Assembly: GCA_963697165.1 (NCBI GenBank)
Contig: CAVOMX010000018.1
Location: 32,001-96,000, forward strand
Source of the DNA: Candidatus Bathyarchaeota archaeon
GTDB lineage: Archaea; Thermoproteota; Bathyarchaeia; Bathyarchaeales; Bathyarchaeaceae
Reading direction: 5' to 3'
Length of the DNA: 64,000 bases
Part shown: positions 30,487 through 41,061 of the stretch, one piece after another
Layout of the letters: every line of letters starts with the position of its first letter
How positions within the stretch are numbered: the stretch's first letter is position 1
Program-made: the position numbers and the translations under genes
The notes under the pieces: model-generated
What the model saw: the letters and a program-made list of their open reading frames with translations, nothing else
The model's database searches: none
What the model was told of the DNA's origin: nothing

Positions 30487-31420
30487 ATGCTCAATCGAGC
30501 CCGAGCTTTTAGTCCTGCGGGAATTTCTAGTTTCTTTGAAATCTGTGACCGAACATCTGACGGGAGACTTATCTCTGATCCTGAGCAGATTGGCGCTCGG
30601 GGTGGCGGTTTTTCTCCAGACAAAGGAGTTTCAACCGAGGTTATTTTGGTTGAGGCTGAAGAAAAACGGGTTCAAGTTTTCATTAATGGAGAATGTTGTC
30701 CAGAGGCTAAGACAACCGAATCTGTTGTAGAGTGCTTTGACTGCGAAGGTTTCTGAAACATATTCGGTAACTGTGGTACATTGTGTAGAGGTGCCTGTTG
30801 GAGCTGGTTTTGGTTCTAGCGCCGCTGGTGCTCTTGGTACTGCTTTGGCTCTCAACAAAGTTTTGGGGCTAAATCTTACTTATAATCAATTGGGTAACAT
30901 AGCTCATGTGGCTGAGGTGAGGTGCCTGACAGGTTTAGGAACAGTTGGTCCATTATTGTTTGGGGGCTGCGGATTAACCCTTGAACCCGGTGCACCAACA
31001 ATTGCTCGTTTAGATCGTATTCCTGTTTCTCCTGACCACAGACTAGTTGTAGGCACTTTTAGACCATACCCAACAAAGGAAATGCTTGCTTCCGAAGAGA
31101 AAAGGAAACTAATTAACGAATGTGGACAAAAAACCCTCAGACGCATCCTTGCTAAATCTTCTCTGGAAAACTTTATGGAGGCTTGTAAAACGTTTGCTTT
31201 GGAGACTGGTTTTGCTACGAGCCGTGTCCAAAAGTTGATGGAACTATCCGAGAAGGCGGGAGCTGTTGGTGCAGCACAGAATATGCTGGGCGAGGCTGTT
31301 CACGCCTTGGTTACAGTTGACAATGTGAATGCTGTTTATGAGGCTTTCAGGAAACTTTTGCCTGAAGAAAAGATTATAATATCTAAAATTGACTTTCAAG
31401 GTGCACGCATAATCGGGTGA
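30487..31420 (+). CDS. Pantoate kinase (GHMP kinase family; frameshift near 30735)
   Basis: AFSPAGISSFF, VPVGAGFGSSAAGALG, AHVAEV..LTGLGTV, QNMLGE. Confidence 0.85.
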
Positions 31421-31431
31421 TGAACTAAATA

Positions 31432-31902
31432 ATGGAGAAAAGGTTTGAGACCGTGGCTATTGGCGGAACCTTTGATCTGTTTCACAGCGGTCACTTAGCC
31501 CTGCTGCTGAAGGCATTCGAGGTTGGAAACCTTGTTCTCATCGGTTTATGTTCAGATAATTTCTTGAAAAAAATGAATAAACCTCACAAAGTTGCACCCT
31601 ACGCTCAGCGCCTTGAAGAGCTGAAAAACTTCTTGAGAAAGAAACGGCTTTTGGAACGGGCAGAAATCACGTCCCTAAATGATGCTTATGGAGTCACCTT
31701 GTCTGATAAACGAATTGACGCTATAATTGTGAGCGAGGAAACGGAGCCGCGGGCTCACGAAATTAACGCAAACCGGAAAAGTTTGGGCATGCCGCCTTTG
31801 CCAATTGTAACTGTGAAGATGGTTCTGTCTGAAGACCATTACCCAATCTCGTCTACTCGTATTTGGTTTGAGGAAATCGACAGGGAAGGGCATCTGCTTT
31901 AG
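31432..31902 (+). CDS. coaD: Phosphopantetheine adenylyltransferase (archaeal type)
   Basis: GGTFDLFHSGH, IIVSEET, PISSTRI..EID.EG. Confidence 0.92.
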   Translation: MEKRFETVAIGGTFDLFHSGHLALLLKAFEVGNLVLIGLCSDNFLKKMNKPHKVAPYAQRLEELKNFLRKKRLLERAEITSLNDAYGVTLSDKRIDAIIVSEETEPRAHEINANRKSLGMPPLPIVTVKMVLSEDHYPISSTRIWFEEIDREGHLL

Positions 31903-32170
31903 AAGCCCTCTGTAATGATGGTAGAAGTCTTCTTTAATAGATAATAGGCAAATAGTAAAATTCAAAAATAATTATTAATACTGCAAGAAATGAATGCATG
32001 CAATAGGTCTGTAATACTCCCATGAACTGGAAGATCTATAATGACTCTACGTCAACTAGTAATTCCTTCGTTTCTGTGTTAGTGAATGTGTTATCCAAAA
32101 TACCAGTTGCATTCGTATGGTATAGTGAGGTTGGTATTAACCAAACTCGTTCTATAATCATAAAGATGTT

Positions 32171-32515
32171 TTATTGTTTCTTCTTTTTTTGCCATTTCAT
32201 GAAGTTCGCTTCATCAATAATAAAGAAGTCAATTATCTTGTCACTATTTCCCTTGATATCAATAATATCTTCTTCCAATTTGGTGTAATTTGTAACTTCG
32301 AAGTTTATTATAACTTCTGTTCCAGTTTCCAAATTGAATGATTTAGCTTGGAAAGTATAATACGGGATAATAATAAAATCACTAAAAAGTGGTGCAGGAC
32401 ATCGAGAATTTTCCACTTCCCAAATGAAGAATGGGCCAATCCCTAAAATGTATTCGCTGGAAACCAATCCCAAAAAAATCAAGCAAACACCGATTGTTAT
32501 GAATGCTTTTTGCAA
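32171..32515 (-). CDS. Hypothetical membrane-anchored protein (probably continues, broken, toward ~31900)
   Basis: N-terminal TM helix; IDFFIIDEANFMKWQ; the downstream sequence reads as coding in shifted frames. Confidence 0.45.
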   Translation of the reverse strand: MQKAFITIGVCLIFLGLVSSEYILGIGPFFIWEVENSRCPAPLFSDFIIIPYYTFQAKSFNLETGTEVIINFEVTNYTKLEEDIIDIKGNSDKIIDFFIIDEANFMKWQKKKKQ

Positions 32516-32649
32516 TACTGTCCCCTATAATATTTAAGAAATTTTTAATAAAAGAGGGTTTTTGTCAAGAAAGCTTGACCAACCTATGTATTTTGGTTTT
32601 GGGGGTTAAAATTTAAATCAAACCCAAATTCAATCATTTTCTTGCCAAG

Positions 32650-33144
32650 TTACTTATTGTTAGTCTGGATTTTTGAATAAAAAAGGATGGAAGGGATTCC
32701 TCCTGCTAATGTGAAAATTACCCTGAAAGTCTGATTGTTTAGGTTAGCTAAGGGTGCAAGAGTACAGGCTACCAGATAAAACCCGATTATTATGATTAAT
32801 GAAATTGCAGTGAAATTTACAATTGCATGACTGACCTGAGCTTCACTTAGAGAATCTCTTATAACTAGGGAATCTTTACCATTTTTTTTCTGTATTTCTC
32901 TGGATTTTTCTTGTGATTGAATTTCCTCTAATCTATTAATTAAGCCAGTCATCTTTGGATTGAGACGAAAAACTTGGTTTTTATCATCCATTTGAAGAAG
33001 TTCATTTTGTTTCAAGAAGTTCAGAATTAGGTCTAATTTACTTTCTTGGCATGCACATTTTTGCACTATTTCTTCAAGACCAAACCACTTTCCAGTTTCT
33101 AGACAAAAAATAAGTTCATTAACAATCTGCAAATTAACATCCAA
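32650..33144 (-). CDS. Hypothetical protein: N-terminal wHTH-like region, two C-terminal TM helices
   Basis: 164-aa ORF; LDLILNFLKQNELL helix pattern and hydrophobic C-terminus. Confidence 0.5.
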   Translation of the reverse strand: MDVNLQIVNELIFCLETGKWFGLEEIVQKCACQESKLDLILNFLKQNELLQMDDKNQVFRLNPKMTGLINRLEEIQSQEKSREIQKKNGKDSLVIRDSLSEAQVSHAIVNFTAISLIIIIGFYLVACTLAPLANLNNQTFRVIFTLAGGIPSILFYSKIQTNNK

Positions 33145-33399
33145 GAATTAAGCTCTAAACACTTGAAGTTTAAAACGCTTTATGAACCCTTCTTATATTT
33201 TTTAAAGATAATTTTCTATAATATATCTTAATAGAAAGGGAGTTTGCAGGAGACAATAATACTAATTTTTATGTTCATGCCTTCAACCTATAAAGAAACT
33301 TTAATTCACCTAATTTTTAGTGACAAAGATGTCAAACTATTTAACAACTTATTACACACTATTGATGTGTACTTTTCATGATTAACGTGTGAGTAGACA

Positions 33400-34398
33400 T
33401 TGAAGAGACTTGAAGTAACTGTAATAGGAAATCAAACCGATAGTGTCCAAGAAGTACTCAACAATTTAAATTTATCATATACTTTTTCCTCAGTAAAGAT
33501 AGAAAACCAAGAGTGCGGGGCATTTTCGAGTCTGTTGCCAGACAAACTTGTCGATAAGGCAATTGAAGAAATATTGAAAAAAATAGACTCACGCCTAAAA
33601 GAAAACACAATCAGTATCTACAATGTTGAAGCTCACGTTTCCACACATGTCGATAGAATAACTAAAAAACTGCTCGAGGAAAGCACTCCAGCCAACCCTT
33701 TTGAAAGACTGGTAGAAAACGCTGAAAAATTCACAAACATCAACAAAGACATCATATTGATGGCACTATTTGCTACTGTAATCGCTCTTGCAGGTCTTTT
33801 TCTTGACAACGCAGTTACCGTAATTGGTGCAATGCTACTTTCGCCTCTACTAGGTCCCATTAATGCATTTGCAGTAAATGCAAGTATAGGAAAAGTAAAG
33901 AAACTACTTAGAATAGAAGTCTCAATAATAATCCTTTTAGCATCAGTAATGGCGTTGTCAGCTATAATCACATTTACACTGACATTTTTCTTTGACTTGA
34001 CGTTAAGTTCACAAATTGCTATTCGAAGTCAAACTTCTTTGATTGACGTTGGAATAGGATTAATACTGGGTTTAGCTGGAGGTTTAGCTTTAGTATCTGA
34101 CGTGTCAGAAATATTAGTGGGCGTAGGAGTGGCAAGCGCTCTTTTGCCGCCAGCAGCAGTATCAGGAATAGGTTTGGCTCTTATGAATAATGAACTATTC
34201 TCTGGCGCATTAATACTAACTATGGTGTATCTAGTTGGTCTAGAACTGGGATGTACTGTGATGTTACGCACAAAAGGTGTCCGTCCGCGAAGGTTTTACC
34301 AACAAACAGAGGCAAAAAAACATTCTGCATATTTCATCATCACATTTAGTATGCTGCTGATAATTCTTCTGATAATTGTATATCTAAAAAGCGTTTGA
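33400..34398 (+). CDS. TIGR00341/DUF389 family membrane protein
   Basis: IALAGLFLDNAVTVIGAMLLSPLLGP; LVGVGVASALLPPA. Confidence 0.88.
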   Translation: MKRLEVTVIGNQTDSVQEVLNNLNLSYTFSSVKIENQECGAFSSLLPDKLVDKAIEEILKKIDSRLKENTISIYNVEAHVSTHVDRITKKLLEESTPANPFERLVENAEKFTNINKDIILMALFATVIALAGLFLDNAVTVIGAMLLSPLLGPINAFAVNASIGKVKKLLRIEVSIIILLASVMALSAIITFTLTFFFDLTLSSQIAIRSQTSLIDVGIGLILGLAGGLALVSDVSEILVGVGVASALLPPAAVSGIGLALMNNELFSGALILTMVYLVGLELGCTVMLRTKGVRPRRFYQQTEAKKHSAYFIITFSMLLIILLIIVYLKSV

Positions 34399-34399
34399 A

Positions 34400-34776
34400 T
34401 CTCAGCCCAAGGTCTCTACAAGTTTGGATTCAAGAGCCTCTGTTGAAAGAGTATGAACTTGATGGTTTCTTTGCCTCGTAACCTTGACTGGAATGTGGTT
34501 AAGATGGCGTATGATTTTCAGTCCAAAAACTATGAGCCACTATTTAACATCAGAGAAATAGGTCTTGCAACAGTCAGAGCTTTGGCTTTAGTTTCTGAGT
34601 TAGTTCACGTCGAAAAATCGTGCTGGGATGATCCAATAAAATTCAGTTTGTGTGTGGGCAGAAAAGATGGTGTTCCTTATCATGTGGACATGTCTATTTA
34701 TGATGAGATGATTGAGATTTTAGAGAATAAAGTGAAGCAAGCTAAGGTGGCGGGAAAGAGAAGCTTAATGCCGTGA
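34400..34776 (+). pseudogene. DUF763 family C-terminal fragment, decayed
   Basis: IGLATVRALALVSEL...WDDPIKFSLCVGRKDGVPYHVD resembles the DUF763 motif GGKDGxPxPV with substitutions; the N-terminal part is missing. Confidence 0.65.
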
Positions 34777-34936
34777 AGAGGCTTCGTGTTCTTGCTATTC
34801 ACTGATGTGTAAGTGTTTTTTTGTTTAAACATTTTTTGGGTGATGTTTCAATTTCGAATTCGGATTTGACACGAACATTTAAAAACTTTTTATATCTTAT
34901 ATCTTATCCTACAATATTCTATAAGCGTGTCACTCT

Positions 34937-35158
34937 ATGACCAAAAAAGTCCATATTATAGCTGAGTTGCTACCAGAAGCATCCAAGACGCCATTTACTC
35001 AGATTGAAGAAACAATAAGAAACGAGACAAAAATCCCATGGTGCAATGAAATAAAAGAAGTGACAATAGAGGATATTGACGAATCCTACAAGACCCTGAA
35101 AAACCATGGCATTTCTAACAGCGTAGCACGAAACCTCATGGAATTGTACACCGAATAA
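34937..35158 (+). CDS. Hypothetical protein
   Basis: 73-aa ORF with TTTATA upstream and protein-like composition. Confidence 0.55.
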   Translation: MTKKVHIIAELLPEASKTPFTQIEETIRNETKIPWCNEIKEVTIEDIDESYKTLKNHGISNSVARNLMELYTE

Positions 35159-35233
35159 CAAAGCACTCTCACTGAAACAAGTGTCACTGAGTTATGGAAC
35201 AAAAAACTTGAATCAGTAATGTTCAAGTTCACG

Positions 35234-35791
35234 CTAACCTATTTTTCCGCGGATTTCTGTGCTTACCACTATTTTGGCGAACATTTCCTTTTTAGCTCTG
35301 CATATGGGACAGATATACGGCGGTTCTTCACGGAAACAGACATAGCCGCATTGTTTGCAGTACCATAGTTCCATTTTGATTTCAGATGGCTGTTTGATGT
35401 CCTCAACATTTTTTGTGGGTGTTTCAGTTGTTGATGGTTCACTAAAAATTGTGTATGCTCTAGCCTGTTTTTCTATGGGTCTTCGTTCTGGAATGGGTTG
35501 TGCAGGCTTTTTTCCCTCATAAACATCTTTTGTGACGTATAATCCGCAGTAGCATTGTCCATACTCGTTTACGTCTGGGTCCCGATAGTCACATGGGCAG
35601 ATTATGTCTCTGTCAAGCTTCAGCTTTCCTGAAGCCAGTCTGCATGGACACGATGGATAACCGTAACGTTCTTCGTTTTTTTGTAGCCCTTCCAGTAAGT
35701 CTTGGAGAAGCTCTGGGTCTTGGGTTAGATAGTAGCCATTGGCTTTTGCATCGCTCTCGGCTCTTTTTCTAACATTTTCTAGATTTGTCAA
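35234..35791 (-). CDS. Ferredoxin:thioredoxin-reductase-like catalytic subunit with C-terminal rubredoxin-like domain (FDR type)
   Basis: YGYPSCPCR, ICPCDY, GQCYCGLY; WYCKQCGY...CPIC. Confidence 0.92.
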   Translation of the reverse strand: MTNLENVRKRAESDAKANGYYLTQDPELLQDLLEGLQKNEERYGYPSCPCRLASGKLKLDRDIICPCDYRDPDVNEYGQCYCGLYVTKDVYEGKKPAQPIPERRPIEKQARAYTIFSEPSTTETPTKNVEDIKQPSEIKMELWYCKQCGYVCFREEPPYICPICRAKKEMFAKIVVSTEIRGKIG

Positions 35792-36072
35792 ATCTCCAGA
35801 ACCTCTCTTAGCTTGTCTGGGGATGCGCCAGTCAACAAGATTTTGTTGTCTATGATTAGTGTTGGATATGCAAGTTGTCCTCCGCGGCTTTTTATGTCTT
35901 GCATGATTTTGTTTTTGTCTTCCCAGTTACATACGTCGACGTCAATGTATTCATATCCAATGTTGTTGTCGTTCAGGAATTTTTTTGCACGTTTACACCA
36001 GCCGCAGGTGCTTATTGCATACACAAGAACTTGATGTTTGTTGTTCCTTCCCGGAACCTTAACTGTCTGCAT
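35788..36072 (-). CDS. Glutaredoxin/NrdH-like redoxin
   Basis: YAISTCGWCKRAK...YPTLII; ATGA overlap with the FDR gene. Confidence 0.9.
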   Translation of the reverse strand: MQTVKVPGRNNKHQVLVYAISTCGWCKRAKKFLNDNNIGYEYIDVDVCNWEDKNKIMQDIKSRGGQLAYPTLIIDNKILLTGASPDKLREVLEI

Positions 36073-36186
36073 CTTATCTCCACTTATTGTTATTATCGTG
36101 CCTTGATTTAACGTTAATTGATTTTCTGGAACACGAAAACCCATCATTAACGTGCCACGAAGTCAAGAATGAAATAAAATCAATTT

Positions 36187-37206
36187 CTATTTCAAGATCA
36201 TGTGATCCGAGGGCTTGCTCCCCAATAGCAACCTGAAGTGGTCATCTTTTCCTTCTTGTTGCACTCTTTCAAGTTTGCCTTCTGCAATCACGGCTTCACC
36301 ACTTTTTGCTTGTTCACAAAATCTTCCTCGAAAGGATACAATCTCTTTAATTGGCTCAACTTTTTTGCCTTCAACTATTTCCACGTTGGCGAGCTTGTAG
36401 GTGCATGGCGTGAAGAGTGCTTCTGAATCGTCAGCAACTGTGGCTTTGATTCTTGCGTTGCCTTCTGGCTTGTAGATTATGCTGCCATATTGTTCACTGA
36501 TTTCGTTGTGGTCTTTTACGAAGCGGATGAAAAAGTGTTTTCCCATGAATTTGCCGTGGGAAATTTTTCGGGAGTCGGTTCGAACGAAATCTTCGAAAGA
36601 TGTGATGGTGTCCTTCGAACGGAAATCGAACAGCTCTTTTAGACCCTCCAAGTCATACGCTTTGACTGGGCTATTCTTGTCTTCTAGCATCTCTTTCATT
36701 GTTGCCTGTACCCTGTAGCCTGTTTTGGACCCGTAAACGACTAGGTCAATGTCAGAATCTGCTTCATGAAGCTTAACTAGGATAGACCCTGAAACGCCCA
36801 GTTTGCTCCATTGGACCCCAGCTTTTTCTTTGAGGTTTTCTATAAACTGTAAAGCTGCTGTTTCTGCTTCGTCCAAATTGTTTCTGTTCCGTAGGTCTTG
36901 TAGGCCCCGAGCGGGCTGATAATGCTGTTTTATGTCCTCTACTGGAACCTCGCAAAGTAACGTATTGAAGACAGGGTCGTTTACTAAGTATTGTGGATAT
37001 TCTCGTTTTAGCAGGTCATAGCGTTTTGCAAGTGCATAAAATTTGCTGTATCGTTTTCCATCTCTTTCTCTGTTGCCATTTGGGTCAGGAACATAACGGA
37101 TGAAGGCTACCACCCTGTGTGGCGGATGAACTAATCCTTTAACATCAAAAAAGATGTTACCTTTAGTTTCGAGTAGGTCACCTTCGCGTGCTTTCATGCA
37201 GTTCAC
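36187..37206 (-). CDS. Predicted nucleotidyltransferase (COG1665-like)
   Basis: FDVKGLVHPP, GVSGSIL....DSDIDLVVYG, C-terminal OB-like GKLE region. Confidence 0.8.
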   Translation of the reverse strand: MNCMKAREGDLLETKGNIFFDVKGLVHPPHRVVAFIRYVPDPNGNRERDGKRYSKFYALAKRYDLLKREYPQYLVNDPVFNTLLCEVPVEDIKQHYQPARGLQDLRNRNNLDEAETAALQFIENLKEKAGVQWSKLGVSGSILVKLHEADSDIDLVVYGSKTGYRVQATMKEMLEDKNSPVKAYDLEGLKELFDFRSKDTITSFEDFVRTDSRKISHGKFMGKHFFIRFVKDHNEISEQYGSIIYKPEGNARIKATVADDSEALFTPCTYKLANVEIVEGKKVEPIKEIVSFRGRFCEQAKSGEAVIAEGKLERVQQEGKDDHFRLLLGSKPSDHMILK

Positions 37207-37310
37207 GTACTTGATTTAGAAGCTCAGCAGTATTAATTTTCTGAGTGTTTATTATCTTTTTATAAAAAATAATTGGTGGGATTTGGGGCTAAGACGCAGT
37301 TTTGAGCGCT

Positions 37311-38027
37311 TTAGTTTTTGATTATGCTATATATTCCAGATTTTCTGAGGCTGTAGTATAGGGGCAAAGCGATGGCAACTGTGATAATTACTGCAACTAT
37401 TCTTTCGACAGGATAAATGAATATGATGCTGTTCCAAATTTCAGGTATGAGCCCTGGATTAAAGTACCATATTGCTAAGCCGCTGCCGAATATGTGATCA
37501 GTTAAGGTGCCCACAAACGCGGCGACGGTGACTCCTAGACCCAGCCTCTTTATATTTGATAGCTCGGTTGACCAAACTGCAAGTCGTGTTGAGAAAGCTA
37601 ATGCAACAATCAATGCAATTATATGCAAAAATGGATAAAACATGGCTTCGCGACCGAACGGGTGACTGTAGAACAGGAGAATTGAGGCAAGAATCATTGC
37701 CGCTGAAATGTAGCCTCGTTTTGCTATTGTGAAACCTGCGCTGAAAGCGCCTATGGTTGCTGGCAAAAATGATAGAACACCGAAGATTGCTCCTGCAGGG
37801 TTTATGAACATGCCAATTATTGAGCCAATTAATACTGATATGCCTCCTGATAAGGGTCCGAGGATAATTCCAATTAGTGGGGCGCTTACTACTCCTAGAG
37901 TTATGGAGCCTCCAACTCCTATTGTTATTGTGTATGGTAGGGAACTCAAAATTGTATGTAGTGCTGCAAAAATGGCTATTAATGCGATTCCTTTGGGTGT
38001 GCGGAGGTTTTCGATCATTAATTTCAC
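37311..38027 (-). CDS. ECF transporter S component
   Basis: IAIFAAL...PLIGIILGP..GG; DHIFGS; YPVERI; multiple TM helices. Confidence 0.75.
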   Translation of the reverse strand: MKLMIENLRTPKGIALIAIFAALHTILSSLPYTITIGVGGSITLGVVSAPLIGIILGPLSGGISVLIGSIIGMFINPAGAIFGVLSFLPATIGAFSAGFTIAKRGYISAAMILASILLFYSHPFGREAMFYPFLHIIALIVALAFSTRLAVWSTELSNIKRLGLGVTVAAFVGTLTDHIFGSGLAIWYFNPGLIPEIWNSIIFIYPVERIVAVIITVAIALPLYYSLRKSGIYSIIKN

Positions 38028-38347
38028 CTGATTATCGTTGTGTAATTTTTTACACTTGTATTATTTTACACTCTGTATCTTAGTATTTGGTATATAAGAT
38101 TACCTCCATTTTTTCCTCTTTTCCTGAAAAAAGGCTGTTTTCAACAAATAGCTGTTATTAGTCTCCTGTTATGAATTGGCAATGGGTCGTTTTGTTGGGT
38201 TTGTCGGAACATTATTTGGAAGACGCTGGGGTAATTTGAGATTTATGGGCGGGTATCTCTGTTAACCTATTGTGGGTGTTGGGTTGGTTGTTTTTGAAGA
38301 GGGCACGCTTGTTCTTTTGAGAAGGGGTGCTGGAGCCTACCACCGAT

Positions 38348-38560
38348 ATGACAGACGTCAGATGGGTTCCATTTGGTGAAGTGGAAAACTGCGATTTGGC
38401 AGAGTTGGTTCGTTCATTCTTTAGAAAACTCAGAAAAGAACTAGAGAAAAAAATGCTGTGTGCTATGAACAGGATATTTATTCTCCACAACACGCTTTCT
38501 TTTCCCATGTATTTGGTCATAAAGAATAGGCTATTCTTAATCTGTACGCTGAATTCATAA
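38348..38560 (+). CDS. Hypothetical protein
   Basis: MTDVRWVPFGEVENCDLAELVRSFF...; co-oriented with the downstream small genes. Confidence 0.4.
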   Translation: MTDVRWVPFGEVENCDLAELVRSFFRKLRKELEKKMLCAMNRIFILHNTLSFPMYLVIKNRLFLICTLNS

Positions 38561-38613
38561 GTTAATTAAATATTGAAAATAATTAGACCGTCATAAGATG
38601 TGGAGAGAAAAAA

Positions 38614-38784
38614 ATGAAAAATACTCCCTTAATGGAAAAACGTGAAAGACTCCAAAAAGTCATGATGGAAACATTACAAAAAGAGGTACAACCATTAAAC
38701 CATGATTTGCAGTCAATATTAATTGACGATATGGTAACAGCTTTTTATAATCGATTAGAAGTTATGAAAAAAATCATGGGATAA
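38614..38784 (+). CDS. Small hypothetical protein (56 aa)
   Basis: Manual translation MKKYSLMEKRERLQKVMMETLQKEVTPLNHDLQSILIDDMVTAFYNRLEVMKKIMG*; GGAG upstream. Confidence 0.65.
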   Translation: MKNTPLMEKRERLQKVMMETLQKEVQPLNHDLQSILIDDMVTAFYNRLEVMKKIMG

Positions 38785-38808
38785 ACAAAAAAGGGAGATT
38801 TTAAGAAT

Positions 38809-39105
38809 ATGCGAAGATCAAAAATGGAAATGCACTTAGATATTCTCAGGACTTTAGCCCAAAAAGGTCCACTTAAACTTACACATATAATGTATAAAGC
38901 CAACGTTAACTGCTGCGTACTCAAGGAATACTTGGATTTTCTCACCCTTCAAAACCTTGTTGAAGAAAAGACCTTACGAAAAGAAAGAATTGTCTATGAA
39001 ATTACAGAAAAAGGATTAACGGTCCTAAGATACTTTAGAGAATTACAGATTATGTTACCAGTCCTAGAAGAAGATAAAGCAAGCATTCCGCCAATGCTAT
39101 ATTGA
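38809..39105 (+). CDS. Archaeal winged-helix regulator (HTH_45-like)
   Basis: MRRSKMEMHLDIL...LTHIMYKANVN...YLDFL...YEITEKG; paralog of 27428-27738. Confidence 0.85.
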   Translation: MRRSKMEMHLDILRTLAQKGPLKLTHIMYKANVNCCVLKEYLDFLTLQNLVEEKTLRKERIVYEITEKGLTVLRYFRELQIMLPVLEEDKASIPPMLY

Positions 39106-39280
39106 CCAACAGAATGTTCGAACAATTGTGTGCACATGTAAAAAGTGACCCCCAATATAAATTTTATAAAATGTTAACAATGCTTAAAATTTGATTTTTG
39201 AGTTACTCTAGTTTTTCGTGTTCATAAGAAAAAATTTTAAAGAAAAAGAACTAGCAATTAGTATGATTTCGATGTTCTTA

Positions 39281-40078
39281 CTACAGCGACAGAGAAGATG
39301 GCGTATGTTTTTGGTTAGGTGGACTTACAAGTAGATTTCTTATTTTGCGTTCGTTGGTATCTACCGTTCTTGGGGAAATATTGAAAACTTCACCGATTTG
39401 GCTTTTTGAACTGCGGTTTTTTGTAATTTTGCATGAATAGTATAGGGCTCCTGCTGCCATTGAGATTGGATTTCCACCCCTTTTTTGAAATTTACTTAAA
39501 ATTTTCTTGGCGAGCACTATTGTTTCTTTTTTGTTTGTGATTTGATGTGCATGTTCCAGAAGGTAGTCTTTGGATTTTTTTCTGGTAGTTTTTATTATAT
39601 TTTTTTTGCCATTGATTTTTTTTAGTATCCAGACTTGCTTTAAAACTGATTTATATTCTGTGTTCAATTCTTGGCACATTTGCTTTATGGGGCGATTTTT
39701 GTCGTATTCTTTTAATATTAAGTGAATTAGAGCAATTATTGTAACTCGTTTTTTCTTAGCAAATCTTTGAGATTTTAAGAAGAGGTTTTTTTCTTTTCTT
39801 ATTTTTTTTGCTGCTTCTTCTTGGAATGGGAATCTTGGGATTTGTAGTTGACAAGAAATTGTTCTTAAAGTTGTTAACCACTCTTTTAGTGGTTCAGGAT
39901 CTTCTGGACTCCAGTTTGAGTACCATTCAGGGTTCCATTGGGTAAACATTGGAAAATAATGCGTGTGATCTATTACTAAACCGCATGTTGTGCACACTTT
40001 TTCGCCTTTTGGTCCTTCTGGCGAAACCGGAAGTCCATTGCATACTGGACATTTTAACATTTTATCTTTTTTCTCCAT
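39281..40078 (-). CDS. Divergent transcription initiation factor IIB (TFB)-like protein
   Basis: Zn ribbon CPVC...GEKVCTTCGLVI; second cyclin repeat GGNPISMAAGALYY..SQIGEVFNISPRTV. Confidence 0.8.
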   Translation of the reverse strand: MEKKDKMLKCPVCNGLPVSPEGPKGEKVCTTCGLVIDHTHYFPMFTQWNPEWYSNWSPEDPEPLKEWLTTLRTISCQLQIPRFPFQEEAAKKIRKEKNLFLKSQRFAKKKRVTIIALIHLILKEYDKNRPIKQMCQELNTEYKSVLKQVWILKKINGKKNIIKTTRKKSKDYLLEHAHQITNKKETIVLAKKILSKFQKRGGNPISMAAGALYYSCKITKNRSSKSQIGEVFNISPRTVDTNERKIRNLLVSPPNQKHTPSSLSL

Positions 40079-40405
40079 TATGTGTCAAAACGCCGAATTG
40101 CTGTAAGTCCATAATGGCGTTTGCCGATGTTGGCATATGACATGATACGCTTTTTGTGATTTAATTTATAAAATAGACGGAATACTCATTATAGAAATGT
40201 CAAACCATTCATATAGAAGATAATTATAGTTCTTTTATTCTAGAACTAAGTTCTAGTGTTAAGATAAAAACAAAAAAACACTAACTGCCTTAGTCATTAT
40301 GGATATGAATTTGGTTAATTTGAATAATTCGAATATTTATTAATTCGAAGTTGATTGCTCTCGTTTTAAATTAGATTAAAAAATAATGTTTTATTGTAGG
40401 CTGGT

Positions 40406-40726
40406 TTAGATCAACAGTTTTGAGAAAATATGGAAGATTCCTGAAAAAACTATTGCACCTATTGAGACATCAATTGCATATAAGCTGTTTTTTAGCACAT
40501 TCAAGCCTCTGGTTGAACGTTGCTCACATATTCGGTAACCAACAAAATACACAATAAGTAAATAAAAAAGCAATAGCATCCTAAAAACAGCCCAACTGTC
40601 CAAGCCTAAATTATTAACAAAGGAATTTAATTCAACGCAGCCTACACTCAGACCTATCTTGGTTACTATCGTGTCTAGCAAAGTGAAGATAGCAAGGAAA
40701 GCCATCAATATTTTGTAAATTACCAT
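40406..40726 (-). CDS. DUF5658-like small membrane protein
   Basis: LLDTIVTKIGLSVGCVELN matches the D..T..G....E.N pattern; three TM helices. Confidence 0.65.
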   Translation of the reverse strand: MVIYKILMAFLAIFTLLDTIVTKIGLSVGCVELNSFVNNLGLDSWAVFRMLLLFYLLIVYFVGYRICEQRSTRGLNVLKNSLYAIDVSIGAIVFSGIFHIFSKLLI

Positions 40727-40908
40727 TTAATTCATGAATTTTAAAGTAAATAATTGGTGTTATCACTTATGAAGTAAAAATATTGATCCACACTTGACCT
40801 TTTTTAAAACATTTGAACTGGAGCAGTTACACTGTCTGTAAGTGTTAGAAAAAATGCAATTTTTCGCTGTTTATAAACTTGCTTTGTAAATGGAGTGTTG
40901 TGAATTTC

Positions 40909-41061
40909 ATGGGAGCAATACGAGGAGTAATTACCTCTAGCACTGAAGACAGATTTAGGAAAATTGCCATGAAAAAGTTTGGCTACCGAAAAGGTAGCTT
41001 ATCCGAAGCACTGGAAGAGGCCTTACGCCAGTGGATTGAATTAAACAAGACAAGTGTCTAG
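40909..41061 (+). CDS. Ribbon-helix-helix-like small DNA-binding protein
   Basis: EDRFRKIAMKKFGYRKGSLSEALEEALRQW. Confidence 0.7.
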   Translation: MGAIRGVITSSTEDRFRKIAMKKFGYRKGSLSEALEEALRQWIELNKTSV

